A stretch of DNA of 64,000 nt from Tubiluchus corallicola (Eukaryota; Animalia; Priapulida): positions 434,001 to 498,000 of the forward strand of contig JAQGDQ010000002.1 of the NCBI GenBank assembly GCA_030141605.1, read 5' to 3'. This document shows, in pieces, positions 13,349 to 27,756 of the stretch; the first letter of the stretch is position 1, and the number at the start of each line of letters is the position of its first letter. A program made the position numbers and the translations under genes. The notes under the pieces were generated by a model. It did not search any database. It saw only the letters and a list, made by a program, of their open reading frames with translations, and was not told the DNA's origin.

Positions 13349-14722
13349 CATATGAATATATTTGTAATGACTTATAAAGCAGTGCTTTGCAATGATGGAG
13401 TTACTTTCATAAAAGATTACTATAAATAAATAAATAAATGAAAAATACATAAAATAAATGCACTAATTTTGAAAAAACTAAATCCATGTTAACAATAATG
13501 GTAACTTAACTTGCTGTTCGTAGTAAATAATTCTAAAGTTCAATCAAAATCATTTAAAACAGTTAACGCGAAGAATTAAAGTAAGTTATTTTACATTTTT
13601 TACAGGTTTCGCTCATTTTTTCGGGAAAATCAATCTAATTTACCAAAGTCAACGGATAACTGTTATCTGGAAAATACATCAGCTGAGTTCAGCTCTAGCG
13701 TAATAGTAAAACATAGATTTTATAGTTAGCATTAGAACAGGCTATTTTCTGCTTCCCCAAAAGTGAGATACTAAACTTTAACATACAAGTACAAATACTA
13801 TAGTTTAAGAAATAGTAACCCTTTCGTATCATGCACAGCTAAATGCATGTGGTTTACATTATTATCTGAAACATTTCGATACTAAATATATATACGCACC
13901 TGCATATATTGTATTCTATTGGCAACTGTTTAACGTGATTAATAAGTACAATACACTAATAATGGTTTGTCTTGCCAGCTGCCCAGTGAACAAGGAAAGA
14001 ATGACGCAGCCTGCCTATAGAATCCCTTATAAATGCCATACCAGCATCGATCTGATGCTCAGACTCCCTACGCAGCAGGACGACAGCTTTTATAAAACTT
14101 CATTAGCGTGTTTAAGAATGACAACTTAAGCTTTATGTAGTTTCAAAACTGTTTTATGCACTGACATTCTATTAATTATGCGTCTTAATCATTGATTGCA
14201 ATCCAATTAGCATTTTAGCAGTACCCTTAATAATACAAGTTCCATATCCCTACAAAAGTTTAATTAATAATTCAACCCTTATTTGTAACGATTGTAGAAG
14301 TAGAGTTTCCAAACTTGTCTGGCGGTAAAGTCAGTGATAACCACTGACCAAAGCTTTCAGGTCTTTGTAAGTCGCATGACCACTAGTGACATTTCACCAA
14401 GATTAATTCATGGTAATCCGCTACAATGCAAATGCAAGCGGTGCTGGCGAAATGCCAGAAGTTAGCATTGCCTGAATATTGATGGGAAGTGGAATTTGAC
14501 GCCTACGACAAATCTAGCCGTTCAGTATTAATAAAGTTATTATTCTAGAATAGCTTCTGTGCTAACGAGTTTGGAATTCGGGACTTTATCATTTCTAATT
14601 GAATGTTTTTTCGGGCGTTTTGAACTAATTCCGTTCTATTCCCATTATACGGAAAGTCTAGTCGAATTTCTTTTAAGCTGCTTAAAAATGCTGAGTTAAA
14701 ACTGAAATATGTTGCACTCATG

Positions 14723-15060
14723 GGTGCAAACTGATTTTTGTGCATAGATTATCGCAAAACTAATTTTAAGCAACAAGCATTAAACAATACTGAAACAATC
14801 GCAAAACTTGTTTTCAAATTAAAGTTGTGAACGAATCACAGAGCAGCATATCTTTAACTAGCACTACAAATGCACTTGAAAGAATCACAAACGGGGTTTA
14901 GACTAGTATGAACTCTAAAACGAAATGATCGCAAAACTACGCTAAATCCTAAGCTACGAAAACAGATGCAAAAGTAGGGTCGAATTACCTTTTGCACTTA
15001 AACAATAACAAACCTGTTTTAAAATGCATAATTTGTGATATATTTGCAAAACTTCATTTA
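14723..15060 (+). repeat. Degenerate array of a ~10-bp ATCRCAAAAC-like motif at 37-49 bp spacing
   Basis: Motif or variants start at 14751, 14798, 14835, 14884, 14928, 14966, 15005 and 15042. Confidence 0.5.
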
Positions 15061-15923
15061 CAATTAGAATTCTCACTAAAATGGCTGTGAAACGATAATT
15101 ACAATCCATGGTTTTAAAAGTGTAGGCATAACTCTGTTTTCATCCTAAATTACTTTTTGATATCACCATACTTATATATTTATAGCACTTATTACCTGCA
15201 AACTATAGCAACGCCGATTTTTACTGCAACAAATCTATTGTATCAACAAACGGTCAAAACGTGCTCAGGCACTATCGTTCTAAATTACTAAGTTCTAAAA
15301 GGCCAGGTTCATATTACCTAGCTTTTGGAATGTTTATCGATATACTGGATTTGTTGCATTGAAACTGGCACTAGCTGTTGGATTTTTGCTTTTTGCAAGA
15401 GTGTATGAAGGCCGGATCGTGTAGCACATCGCAAAATTTCCCAACGGCAGTGTCAGTGAAACTTTTGTTGTAAATGAATTGAAAAAAGTTGAAATTACTG
15501 ACTCCTACTCACGTGTTGTGTAACCGAGACGATAAACTCTTGACAACACTCGAAAATCCCTTGGGTGATAAACACGAATGTAAAAGAGCAACTGTTGGGC
15601 AAAGATCTCGTTAAGAGAGAATTATAGAGAACTGAGATTTATAGACTTATTTAGTGATAGTTGTAATGCTCTCTAGTAAATAAGTAATGTGTAACTCTGA
15701 AACGAAAAGCTTGTCGTGCATAAGTTGACCAATGAGCACATTATGTAGAATCAAGATCCCTTCAAAACACAGCCGTTTTCTGCTATATAATATACATTAT
15801 TGTTTAAATTACTTGTATACATTTATTGTCTTGTTTTATTACATACCCAGTGCACTTGAATGTAGTACTAGTGCAGTAATTGAACTGAACTAAACTGAAT
15901 TGAAATGTACAATTTTTCAAGAC

Positions 15924-15995
15924 ACCGCCCCTAACTGCTAGTCTACTACACCTTAGCCTGAAAATGGCGGACAGCTGAGCTGTGACGTAGGCAGA
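15924..15995 (+). promoter_or_regulatory. Promoter-like motif cluster (GC box, YY1-type AAAATGGCGG, CRE-like TGACGT)
   Basis: CCGCCC at ~15925, AAAATGGCGG at 15961 and TGACGTAG at ~15983, within 70 bp in an AT-rich background. Confidence 0.3.
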
Positions 15996-17104
15996 TCACA
16001 AGCCTTCCCGACCTATGTTTTGAAGGAGCCTTGCATAGAATGTTCCTGCATTACTGATTCTTATTATGTGCTTGCAGATGCTAAGTGTAACAATACCATA
16101 GATATGGTTTGTGTACATCAAAGATCTCGGTGAATGCTTAGCAGCATTCTGCATTCTAGACTGTCTTGCTGTCCTGATCTTCTTTGTTTAAGATCCTAAT
16201 TAGTTTAATAAATACTACTTTATTATGCACGCATTCGTCTGGTTGCTAATATTATTGTAGTGTGTAACATTAAGGTGTTCAAGGTTTTTGAACCAAACAC
16301 TACATTCTTAATGACTTGTTGCTGTCTGCACTGAGGTTGACTGATGTGGTGCCACGCACTATAGACAGAATCACATTTCCTGTGTTCACGTATACGTTGT
16401 GTTGTGTTGTGTCGATGATGACGACAGAGGTAGGTCTAGCAATGAGACAAGATGCTCGCATTCAAATGGTGGTGGCAATCTTGGTTACGTATTTACAATA
16501 ACACCATGATATTTGAACCTAAATCTCCACTATTTGCTCAAAAGAATATGTTCGGGTCTAAGTTCATTAGTAGTGACAATTTGAATTTGTTTTATTGTCT
16601 AGCTTCATCACCTTTTATTTATCAGGAGCAGACTAAAGTGGTTTTTCTTGTTTGGAAATACGTAAGCTGCTCACGGAGAATGATTCCTTGAGCTTAGCCA
16701 TTGGGGAAAGTACAGTGGGTTCTATTCTACAGCCTCGATCAGCCGGAGCAACTTTTTATCGTTATGTATCAATTAGTGATAACAATATTATAGAGCTGAA
16801 TCATGTAGTATAATTTAAACAGTAAGTAATAATTAATTAATATGCGGTAAAAATTAGATTAAATATTACGACCGCTAATGTTCAATTGAGCACTTGTGTG
16901 AAAATGTGTAAGAATATGTGTGAAGAGAGCTTTCTGAGATTGCAGATTCCTGTTTCGATAATTAATTGTAACGGTTGCGAATGTAATTATGAGTCATATA
17001 GTCATGCTATTGATGATTATTGTACTAGTATAATTAGGGTCTTAACATATGCTGCTTCTAGTTGTATCCTCAAAAGCTTGCTTTAAATTTAGGATCAAAC
17101 AGAG

Positions 17105-18005
17105 ATATAGCCGGTTGGAACGATTTTTGTCTAGAAAAATACAATTATTCGCGACATATTTTCCTTCTATGAAGAAGCATTCACTGTCCCAGACTGTACA
17201 GTAAAAAGACATGAAAAGAGCACCGTGCCCAGTTTAAACTCTCATTGAGATATTGCAGAAATAACGAGAAAAACACTACGAGCAGATAAACTAGAAAACA
17301 GTCTCTCTTTATCTAATAAGCCTGATATATTTTGGAAAAAGATTAAACGATTCAATAATGCCAAAATGCCTTTACCCGGTAAAATTGGTAGTGCTTATGG
17401 CGAACAAAAAATAAGTAACATATGGAAAGATGTACACATGTACTAAATTATGAGTGATATAGTTTATATAATAGTGATACATGCAGTAGCAATTCAAATG
17501 ATTTCAACATTTTTGTATGTGATACGCAGTCAGCTCTAAGCAAGTTAAAAATGAATCGGAAATATCAGTTCACCCGATAACTACAGGCCTATTGCTATTG
17601 CCAGTTTATTAAGTAAAATACTTGGAACAATAATTGTTACTAAATGTAGCGAAAATTTTCTTACTAATGATGCACAGTTTAGATATAAGAAAGCTCAGTG
17701 AACTGAAGGTTTTAATATCACAAATGCACTAAGACAACGTAGGGTACTATCGCCTCATCTCTTTAATGTCTATGTAAATGATTTGTCATCAAAATTAAAT
17801 AAAGTGAAGAGCTGTCGGGTAAGCGAGTTAACTGTAAATCATATCTTGTATGCTGATGACAGAATAATTTTTATCTCTACGATATATGTTTTACAGGAAA
17901 TTTTAGATTGATGTATAAGATATTCAGATATTCAGAAATTCACAATATTCACTTTAGTACTAAGAAAACAAAATTTATATTTTTTCGCCCTCGTGGATTT
18001 CAGAA
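17105..18005 (+). mobile_element. Decayed, internally deleted non-LTR retrotransposon (RTE/RTEX-like) ORF2 fragment
   Basis: GWNDF (17113), NYRPIAIASLLSKIL (~17580), QF.YKK (~17675), LRQ..VLSPHLFNVYVNDLS (~17730), VNHILYADD (~17835-17860). Confidence 0.85.
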
Positions 18006-20089
18006 CAAATAACCCAAATGCATTGTCAAAAACTGCATTGTTTTTTAGAACACAAAAGTACAAAAAATCCAAAGTGCACAGTGCACGTGCGAGACAAAAA
18101 TTACCTATTTCGTTTCTCTTTTATTTCATCACCTATATATAAAAGCACCATTAATCATAATAATGCTCTAATGTGGTTCTATATAGATTAATGTCTGACT
18201 TTTCTGGCTTCTAACTTCTATAAAGGCGGAGATGTAAGCGAATACAAAGGTCTCGTGCTTCTTTGTGTTAATTTGCTAGGTTACCTGGGGTAGTTTGATG
18301 CGCCACTTTTGTTGCATATCAGCGGATTGCGGGGTGACATTACACCAATAACAGCTCGAAAATAATTTGCAGACATGGGTATTTCATTACTAACAGCTCG
18401 CTTGACCAACTGAACTTATACAGGTATTCTGTGAATTGGTAGCGTTTAAAGGGACAGACTGAACAAACAGTCAGCAATATTTTAAGCAAACTTGACCAAA
18501 AAGAGGAAACTTGAAAGAGTCTGCCGAATTTGAATTAGCGACATTAAATTATTAATGGAACTTTCATGACCACAAAACCATATCGCCTCTTAATTCAATC
18601 CTACTAACACACCAATCAATCCAACAGTTCCAGGTATTAGCTTACTCTCAGAGTAATTACTAATTGATGATTTTTTTTCAAATCATTTACAGCTTAGCCT
18701 TAGATTAATCCATATAAGACATATAAGACATGGCGGACCATCAAGATTTTTTACAATCTTAACTAAGATATCTTTAATGATGAAATGATACCAGCATCTT
18801 TAATGGTGGAATGGACTTACTAGTTGCAAACTTTTAGATCAAACTTGAGCGAAAAGAAGAAATGTGGAAAAATTAGGACTGAGAATTGAACCAACGACTT
18901 TTGAATTATTGATAAAAAATATAAACTCTCTTCGTTTTTAACAACTTAAATAGCTCAGTGATTGCAGCCTGAGCTTAGCGACGACTGTAAAGGGCCGTAA
19001 AAGGTTATGTGCATTTTACCGATTACTTGTATAAAGCCCGAATATGCAGTTCAGTGTTTCAACTTAGAGATTCATTTTTGCTTTTGCTAGATTCCAATCT
19101 CGTCATAACTATTTTACATTAAGTAGGCCTTAGTGCTCGTTGAATAATGGTTGCCAGCGTGCATAATTTCGAATAAGACACACTAATTTCCTATTTTTTT
19201 GTATAAATTTGTGATTTGTTAAAAATCATCCAGAACTTTGAAAGAACATTTCGACTTTTATCAAAGGTCACGTTCATTTCAGTGCATCATAAGCTGCATC
19301 GTCAGTTGATACAGGTCGAAATGTTATTTCAATTTACATATTTTTTATTTTTTTAAATTAATATATCTGAGTTTAAATGCTTGTTTTGCCAATTAATATG
19401 ACTTAGTTAGAGTAAATATATAATGATGCTATTAGAGTGTGAACAGAATCAATTTGGCGTGATGCAGGAATTGCATCTGTTTTTGATGTCTTTCAACTGT
19501 CATCATCGTGTGTTTTCATCACAAGACGTCTAAGCCAGATGACCCAGAAGCAGTAAATCTCCACACTAAACACTCTGTTTCTGATCTCCTTGATATCCTT
19601 GAAAATTCTCTCAAACTGTCCAAAAAGCTTTCTGAACATCAAGATAAATGCACCCATAACCTAGAATACTTCTAAATTTTACCACTAATGCCTACTCGAT
19701 AAGCTTTCTCTCGAAACTCGCATTTTCTTCATTTTGACAAATACAGGACGATTATTTTCGCCGCCTCGCAGAAATGTACGTTTGCCACGCAACAATTTTT
19801 GGAAAACCTTTTTAAATTAATCTGGCTGATGACAATATAGCTAGCTGTAGAAAGGAGCGGATTTATCTTCTTTTGAGGCCATAAAATGGTCATAATCTAT
19901 TTCAGCGAGCTTAAGTAGGACAATTAAATACGTATCAATAGGCTCCCTGCCTTGTCTTGATATATTAGACACGAATGAAAGTCGTTATGGCGACGTATTT
20001 TAATTCAAAGCCGTCCTACTTCTGTTAGAAGTGGAACGTGGGCGTGACAGACAAGTAAAAGGAAAACAGGTAATTCTTGGTTAATTTTG

Positions 20090-20520
20090 CAATATGATCT
20101 GTTGGTAAAATGTCAGAATGAGTATCAGCTTCACTAAAGATAATTTTGCGTAACAAAATAGAGAAGTGAAATATACGTCTGACAGTTGAAGGCATCCTGT
20201 TTTCAGGCATATCAGTTACATGTATGTCACATATTTTACAGTTAAGAACAATGCTCGCAGCTTTGTGTTGACATGTGTGTAACCATGCCAAACGTGTTTT
20301 TCCAGCATTATAATAAAGTGTATCAACATAATCGAAATGAGGTACAATGAGACCATTGCACAGGGAAAGGGCGGTTTTTCGAGTTAAACACCATCTAATC
20401 CTATTGAAAAAACTAGTTTGCATGCCAATTTTTTATTATCTGTTTGATATGATCACTGAAATTATGTAAGGTCGATATCTAAGTTATTCTAACTTAAAAT
20501 GAATGTTGGCCCATCATACT
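20090..20520 (-). mobile_element. CR1/L2-group LINE 3' ORF2 fragment
   Basis: ORF 20025-20423 has L.NGLIVPHFDYVDTLY....KTRL..L...QHKAASIVL, typical of the post-RT region. Confidence 0.75.
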
Positions 20521-20596
20521 TGGCTTAAGCGGGCCAATAATTTGGAATAAACTATCTGTTCACGCACGAAATTGTGTAAATAATAATAAAAATTCA

Positions 20597-20650
20597 TTAT
20601 TACTATTAATATTATTATTATTATTATTATTATATTATTATTATTATATA
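20597..20650. repeat. (ATT)n microsatellite
   Basis: Directly visible. Confidence 0.9.
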
Positions 20651-22940
20651 TTCATATATAGACTGTCCGTTAAGAAGTCTTCTTGGGACAATTACAATCT
20701 TTAAGTATGGGCTACCTGATTACCAGCAGAGAATATAATATGATAAAGAAAATAGAAAACTTTCGTTGTTCAAGAAATGTGACTCTGAAGGCGCCAAAGC
20801 GTGTAAAAATACAAGAAAAGCAACAATTATCTATTTGAGTCAAGAGCCAACAGACGCTGTTAGTGTGTCTTTTTACTTTAATAATAACCCAGCATGAATT
20901 ATCTGAAAATGAAGGGTGAAGGGTGCGATTAGACATGGCCTGATGAACACCAGGGTGCAACTCATACAGGCCCTGTACAGCCACATTTTACCTCTGCGTC
21001 ATGTACGTAGCTTTTGTCAATAGAAAGCTTTTTCGTGTTTAAATTTCTAAATTGCTGAAGAGCCAAGTTTTCAAAATGGGAGGCTGTTTGGTGTATTAAG
21101 AACCGTGTCAAATATGGGAGTACATCTGTAGTATAACGTACTCCACTGCATTATTACAGTGTTACTAAAATGATTGTTTTAGCTTTAAATTATACGCCTC
21201 GTAATTTGTGTGAATATAACTGTTTTCTTGGATCACATTACAGTACCTGAAGCTTTAGCTCAATAGTTTTTAAAACCAAGGGTAATTTGTGCATGTAAGT
21301 TGTCATCGTCATCATTATCATCATCATTAGTGGAACGGTGCTCAGCAAAATTTAAAGCAGTGCATTTGGTTCGAATATAAGTTCTAGCACAGCAAAACAG
21401 TGTTACTTCTTGATATACACGCATGGAGACCATTCGTTTGAGACATGAATTGTCGCGAATGAGCCATTTGAGCCATAACCATGGAAATACATCCAGTCAA
21501 ACTAGCGCACACCATTTCAGTATAAATATATGTTACACATACTGCAAGGAATTTTGTGATACTTACATATAATGTAAATGTGCTGTGCGTATTTTATGCA
21601 AAAAAATAATAGGAATTTTTATTTACATTTCTATGACAGGCCCACGGATCTCTGTTAAATGGTAAGTTTTCCTTATTTTAGCATAATAATTGTCTTATAT
21701 ATATATACATATATATGTATATATGTCATTTAATACTTGTCATTTAATACTCCCATCTAACTATACCTGGCTATTTACATGTTTATGTACGTTCTATTAA
21801 CCGATAATAATATACTTAATATTGCATAATCATGCTTGATTACACTTCGTCAATCTCAACGATTTGGTGAATAAACTCGGTCAATAAGACTGAGTTTGCT
21901 TTCTGAAGGACACAACAGATTATGTTTATTCTTGCTGACTTATCTGATTTCGATCATCTCAGTTTAGTGTAGCAATTCTGTTGTTAAAGCACCGTTGCCA
22001 TAGAATGGAATAATAGCTTATGTGGTCGCTTAATTAATATGTGTGGTAGCCTGTAAATTAATTATAACATTGTTTTGAGTATTAGTTATTAATCAGTTAT
22101 ACACATAATTTTTACTAACAAGTTTCTTTAAAGTATCTAGACCGTTAATAATGAGACACGCTGAAAAGATATAAGGTATTGTGACGTGTTATTAATGACT
22201 ACCTTGTATAACAGCAATGCCTGTAATCCTGTTATAGGTTATGTTTCATAACATTCCCTCATTATATGCGATACCGTATTTATCAGCCCTGTTACAACGG
22301 ATAATGTAATAAACGCCCGATGTTGTTTTAAGGGATAAATGTTATAAAAATTAGAACATAATGTAATAACTAACCGATACTGTAAAAAAAATTAACGCAT
22401 ATTGTAACACCACAGAAATGCTTAATGTGATAACTAGCTGAATTAATGTTACTTGGTATCAGTGGTGTAGTGCTGAATAGAATACATAGGAAATGCACGT
22501 TTCCTTCCTCTGTTTGGAAAGAGGGGTGGTACCTTCACTATTTCAAGTGAATTTTAATTGACACTTGTCATATAGTTTATCTATTCCATGCGTAGTGGAA
22601 AAATATTCTAGTAGAATAATATGAGAATACAATAATTACGTACAGTCCGACCGTTTAAACATTTTGCTGTATGCTATGATATACAGGTAATGCTCCAGGT
22701 ACTCTGTTTTCCTACATATAGGTTATTTGTTCCCCTTTAGCCGTTTAAAGCACTGTCCAGTTTATCGGTGATTATTAAGCGGATATCTAATCAAACAGAG
22801 AATGCTTTGAAATTTTGCAATGTATCGAAATAAGTTACTTTGCTTGGCTTTCACGGGTGGACAAAGGTCAAGTTCGACAGTATAAGCCCTCAATTGCAAC
22901 GATATATGTCCATTTTGTAATTTTGTCCACGATTGCTCCG

Positions 22941-22981
22941 TGAGTGAGAGAGCCAGAGAGAGTGCGTGTGCGTGCGTGCGC

Positions 22982-23018
<37 letters not shown>
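22941..23018. repeat. (GT/GCGT)n(GA)n microsatellite
   Basis: Directly visible. Confidence 0.9.
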
Positions 23019-23023
<5 letters not shown>

Positions 23024-23984
23024 CGATTATTTATTATTACATGTATTATAAAACCTTTATTTTCTATTTGCAGAAAACATTTACATTCATAAAAAATTCA
23101 TTTCACAGCGACAATTATTGTATTATTAAAACAAAATTTACAGCATCAGTGTAATGCAGTCTCGTTAGTTTTTGGTAAAGTAATCACATGACTGATGATT
23201 GTGAAATAACTTTAAAGCTGTGTTGAGAGGAACCAGCGCATGTAGCCACGCCTCAGAACCCAAACTTGTTCAGCCCTGAACACGTCATGGTTATATAGAT
23301 GTGTACTTTCAAATTGGGCCCTCGAATATTTTTGGGCATAAGGTCAGCTGTGCCGCCACTCTAATCCCTTTCCTTCTTGCTTTCCTAAACGCCAGGGGGT
23401 GGGTTTTGATGTTTCAACACTAATTAGCTATTGCAGCTATTGTAAACTTTCAACTGAATTATAGATTATTACTGTTCCTTTTCGTATAACCTGCCATTTA
23501 GTATTATTTCCGTAATAAACTTTATTATTTTCCTTAATTTTAAAACGTCTTACATAATAATACTAGTTTTGATGCTGAACTCCCATTAATCGACGCAAAC
23601 TTGTATAGCTAATCGATTTACTTCGCTAGCGCCCGTACATAATTTCATCTATAAGCTCTTAGTACCTCGGCACGGCATATATCACTTGACGTCGGTCTTG
23701 GGTCTAGCCGACGACCCTTCCCTGAGTTCTCATTAATTATTCAGTAACAAAGGCCACGCCACGACAGCTATTACATTATCGACTAGAATTTTTGTTACTA
23801 CGTTATGCATCTAGTTTTTTATTACATTATCAGTTAATTTTAATTTTTTTTTGGTAATACAGTATCGGGTGTTTATTACATTATCAGTTGTAATAACGTC
23901 GAAAAAAGCTAATGGCGTGTCCCGCGATGTGTTTATTTCTGGTGGATGATAAATTTGGTATAAAGATTCTATTAATAACAATTA

Positions 23985-24070
23985 TATTAATGATGATAAT
24001 GACGATAATTATGATGATGACGATGATGATGATGACAATGATAATGATGATGCTGCTGACGACAACGATA
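23985..24070. repeat. Imperfect (GAT/GAC)n microsatellite
   Basis: Directly visible; it is the source of the poly-Met/Ile ORFs. Confidence 0.9.
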
Positions 24071-25050
24071 ACTAGCCTAACTTCCCAAAACATCCTTAAA
24101 ACGATTCCACGTAATAGAACAGTGTTTCATAAGCAATGGCTCAATGTAACTTCCATGCGATACTAAATCGTTTCCAATAGGATACCATATCAAACAATGG
24201 ATGTGGCTATGGGAGACAGTCTTGTAACTAATAACAAACCAGAAAAGTGAAAAATCACAATCAACGTTGCATTTAATTCTGATGTCAACTACTAACAGGC
24301 TAGATTTTCAAAACTGCCTTAAATTGTAACATTATTATTAAATGTGATGCGTCTGGTGTGCTATGTCGAGGCTCGAGTTGTGTCATTAGAGGAGCACCAT
24401 TGTGGTGTCTCTACAGCACCTATATCTCAGATGCCGCAAGAGTTAGTGTCATCAATAGCAGGGTACTAGAACAGCTTATTGGCATGATAATGAAATGATA
24501 TTTTTAGTGAGTATATTACGTGCTACATTATTTGGCGTGCCTCCTTGACAATTTCGAAATAAATGTAATATACGTATATTTGTTATACGTGTGGACTTGC
24601 CAGCTCAGTGTTATAATAGCGCCAGGCTTATAATGTTAAATTTGTGTTCTTTATGATTATGATGAATAATACGACCTATACTCACAGCACAGCCGCTGTT
24701 CAAAAGTACATTAAGAAGTATTTGCTCCGCAGCGTAGTTGGTTGGTTAATTCGATTTCCTGGTAAAGTTATATTAAAAATATGCATGCGTCAGTTACGAC
24801 TGTTAGGTAAATTCCATCTGAAGTTTTGAGTGCCAGGTAGTTGACGTTTAGAGTTTCATTTTCTTAAATACTAATACGCAGCTTAGGCTGACGAATGTAC
24901 CTGTGCTTTTAAAAACTCAAGTACTAACAACGACAAACAAATTCGGGAAAAGAGATTTTAGCTAAACATTTTGTTGATTAAGTTGCAATTTTTTCTGACA
25001 AACACAAAACAGCTTTTCATCAGTTATACATGGGTTGTTTTTGCTCTTAC

Positions 25051-25406
25051 CTCTCATTCTTGTAGTACTAAGACTGGATTTACCATCCCACTGTTGGTTA
25101 TTTGAGATTTAATACATGGGGCAAGTTTTGTCAATTTCTCTGCAATGCTTCGACCCATCTTCCCTTCTGAGCGATCATTTTTCTTACTGCTGTCAGTTTT
25201 GTCCTTTCAAGTATTTTTCGGTCAATGATAAAATTCATTGATTCTGTTTTGTTTTCCTTCTGGCTGATCTCTCTGGACGTTTCATGTCATCGATCTCCAA
25301 CTGTCCTCTGGTGATAAATATAAGCTTTCTCTCTCCATCGACTCATTCCCGTATTAACAGCCTAGCTGTTTCCATGTTCAAATGAGTGTCGTTGCTTATC
25401 AAAACC
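25051..25406 (-). other. Candidate upstream (mostly 5'-UTR) exon of the FRS-like gene
   Basis: Minus-strand acceptor tttctgttgtgtAG (25408-25407) and donor GAG|GTAAGA (25051/25050). Purine-rich body without a long ORF. CpG-rich patch at ~25518-25575 just upstream. Confidence 0.35.
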
Positions 25407-25790
25407 CTACACAACAGAAAGGTAGTTCCACTTTACATGTCACAGCCGTCATCTCCACTTTCTGAGTCAAATCGATATCAGTATTTGCAAATCCTCAGTT
25501 AGGGTTAAGGCTTTCATTCGCGACGTCTAGCGACGGTAGATTTTGTACGTGCGGAACATGCGGCAGGTCAATCGAGTGAAATACCATACAAGGAACATTT
25601 GATCACAATCAGAGTTATATCATATTATTCAGACTGACCACAAAACAGAAATGCCTCGAAACATTAAGTTTAAAATTAACCACCCAAAGCTGCCAGCTAG
25701 CCCAATACCATCGTTCAACCAGTTTATACTTTTGAATTTTTGATTGCCTATGTTAAATTCGGTAAGGTTCATTTAATTTCGAATTGATCC

Positions 25791-25819
25791 TGATGACGAC
25801 GACGACGACGACGATGATA

Positions 25820-25876
<57 letters not shown>

Positions 25877-25889
25877 CTGATGATGACGA
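25791..25889. repeat. (GAC)n(GAT)n microsatellite
   Basis: Directly visible. Confidence 0.95.
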
Positions 25890-27756
25890 TTTGCCTCAAC
25901 TCTGCTCCGTGTCCGTAATTGAACCGTCACATAGATCCACTGGAATGCACCTGTTCAATTTAACAGCTTACTATTACAATGTAGTATCGATGATCTTATA
26001 GCTCGGGAGTAATCAGCAAACTAATGATAGTAATTTTGATTCAGCTTTCGACTGGGATAATGATGTACATAATTACTACTTTATCGCACAGATGGCCATT
26101 AACAGAAAAAACAGGAGAATTGGCATGACCTTACTATATGTACTTCTACCACTGGAAATGTCACATATATGTAGCAATATTCGTGCCCAATTAGTCAAAT
26201 ATAAGCAGCTGATTATTTTGAATGCCATGCTTTCTCTTTTCTCATACTTTCACTAGCTAGTCTATAGCTTGAGGAAAAGTGATTAACTGTACCATTAGCT
26301 GATCGTGACGACAACGCAAATACTAGTCCGGCATCGTGCGATTTCATGTTTTTGCCAAAACTATGTTTTTCGTGCCGGCAGATAACATTTACAGCTCATT
26401 CCTGCTACGATGCGCTGAAGCATGTAACAGAGCAAGCAGGTAACTGCTAGTATGCATTTTCAGACGGCTGAAGTTCAATCTTTTTTATTGTAGGCTAAAA
26501 TACTTGTTAGATATTTGATTCACTGTGGGCTTTGTACAAATGTTCAATGATCAGTAAAACTGAATACTGCTAATGTGCTATTGACAATATTGAAAGCCAT
26601 TATGAAATCTAAAAGTGAGATTCAGAATTTTAGGGTCTGACTCAGTGGCACTGCTACTGGTGCTTGCATACCGTACTGTTAACAGCAGATTTAGTGATGT
26701 TACCTCTTCTAGGCAGCAACCATTATGGTACCGCTGTTTTCCTCTATATAAAGGCAAAGATGATGTTTGTATTGTTTTCACTAAGGCATGGAAAAAATTT
26801 ACTGTATATGAAACGAAATCATCTGAGGCGAGTGAAAATGATTTTATTATATCCAGTTGAACAAATGTTTAGCAAATGGGGCCGATATAAGCTCGAATTA
26901 TGCGTAGTGACTTATGTTTTTTAGCTCGATTAACGGAAATACAGAGCAGGAAATTACAATATATGAACATGCATTTATAATTTCAAAAGTAAAATGACAG
27001 AAGTATCAAACGATCGCCAGTAGCTATTACACACTTACACAGTAGCTAGCCATCGGTTTCTATAATAAAAGTGTTTCAGAACTGTATTTTGTACCAGAAT
27101 CTAATAACTAATCGCAAGAGACTTGTAGCTTTTGTCGATTCTAAAAAAAACGAAAGTAGAAACAGTGAATCCGGATTTTTGTGGAAAGTATATCGGCATG
27201 CATGCAGTAACTGTCGTCGCTTATAATTTGACGTTAGAACAAGCGATGAAAGCACTTTCACGCCTTTAAATACTACTATTATGTGTTTGATACGTGTAGA
27301 GTTTTATTTAGTTTTAGATGAATTAGCATTATTTTTATAAAAAAAAGTATTAACAGTTTAATAACATAGATGCAGGATCTGTAGCTGAAGATTTTTAAGT
27401 AATATCTTGTTTTACGATCTGGCTTGGTGAGATAGTAGCATTCAGTCCTCTAACTGTTTCGCAGATTATCATTTAGCGTTTAATATAGGTCTTATAATCC
27501 GGGCTTTTTGTGAAAAATGGGAGCTGAATCTCATTTGGCTGTCAAAGCAACTTAGAGGTATCAAATAGAGCATGGCGTGAGACTACAGAGTTCATACTTA
27601 AATGCTGATGCCATTTTTTTAGGCTTTTGCAGCAATAGTGAATTCACTGGAATAGTAGTTGAAGATCCACCTAGACTGCTTCTCCATCAATATTGACTAA
27701 TGATTTTTAGTGAATTGATCTCTACTCGTAAAGGTGTACTCCGACGCAATTAAGTT

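Noticed and set aside
14723-15060. CRISPR array
   Set aside because: Repeats are only ~10 bp and degenerate, there are no cas genes, and the context is eukaryotic.
18877-18905. tRNA gene (minus-strand GGTTCAATTCT B-box)
   Set aside because: Only the T-arm is visible, with no cloverleaf; at best a SINE remnant.
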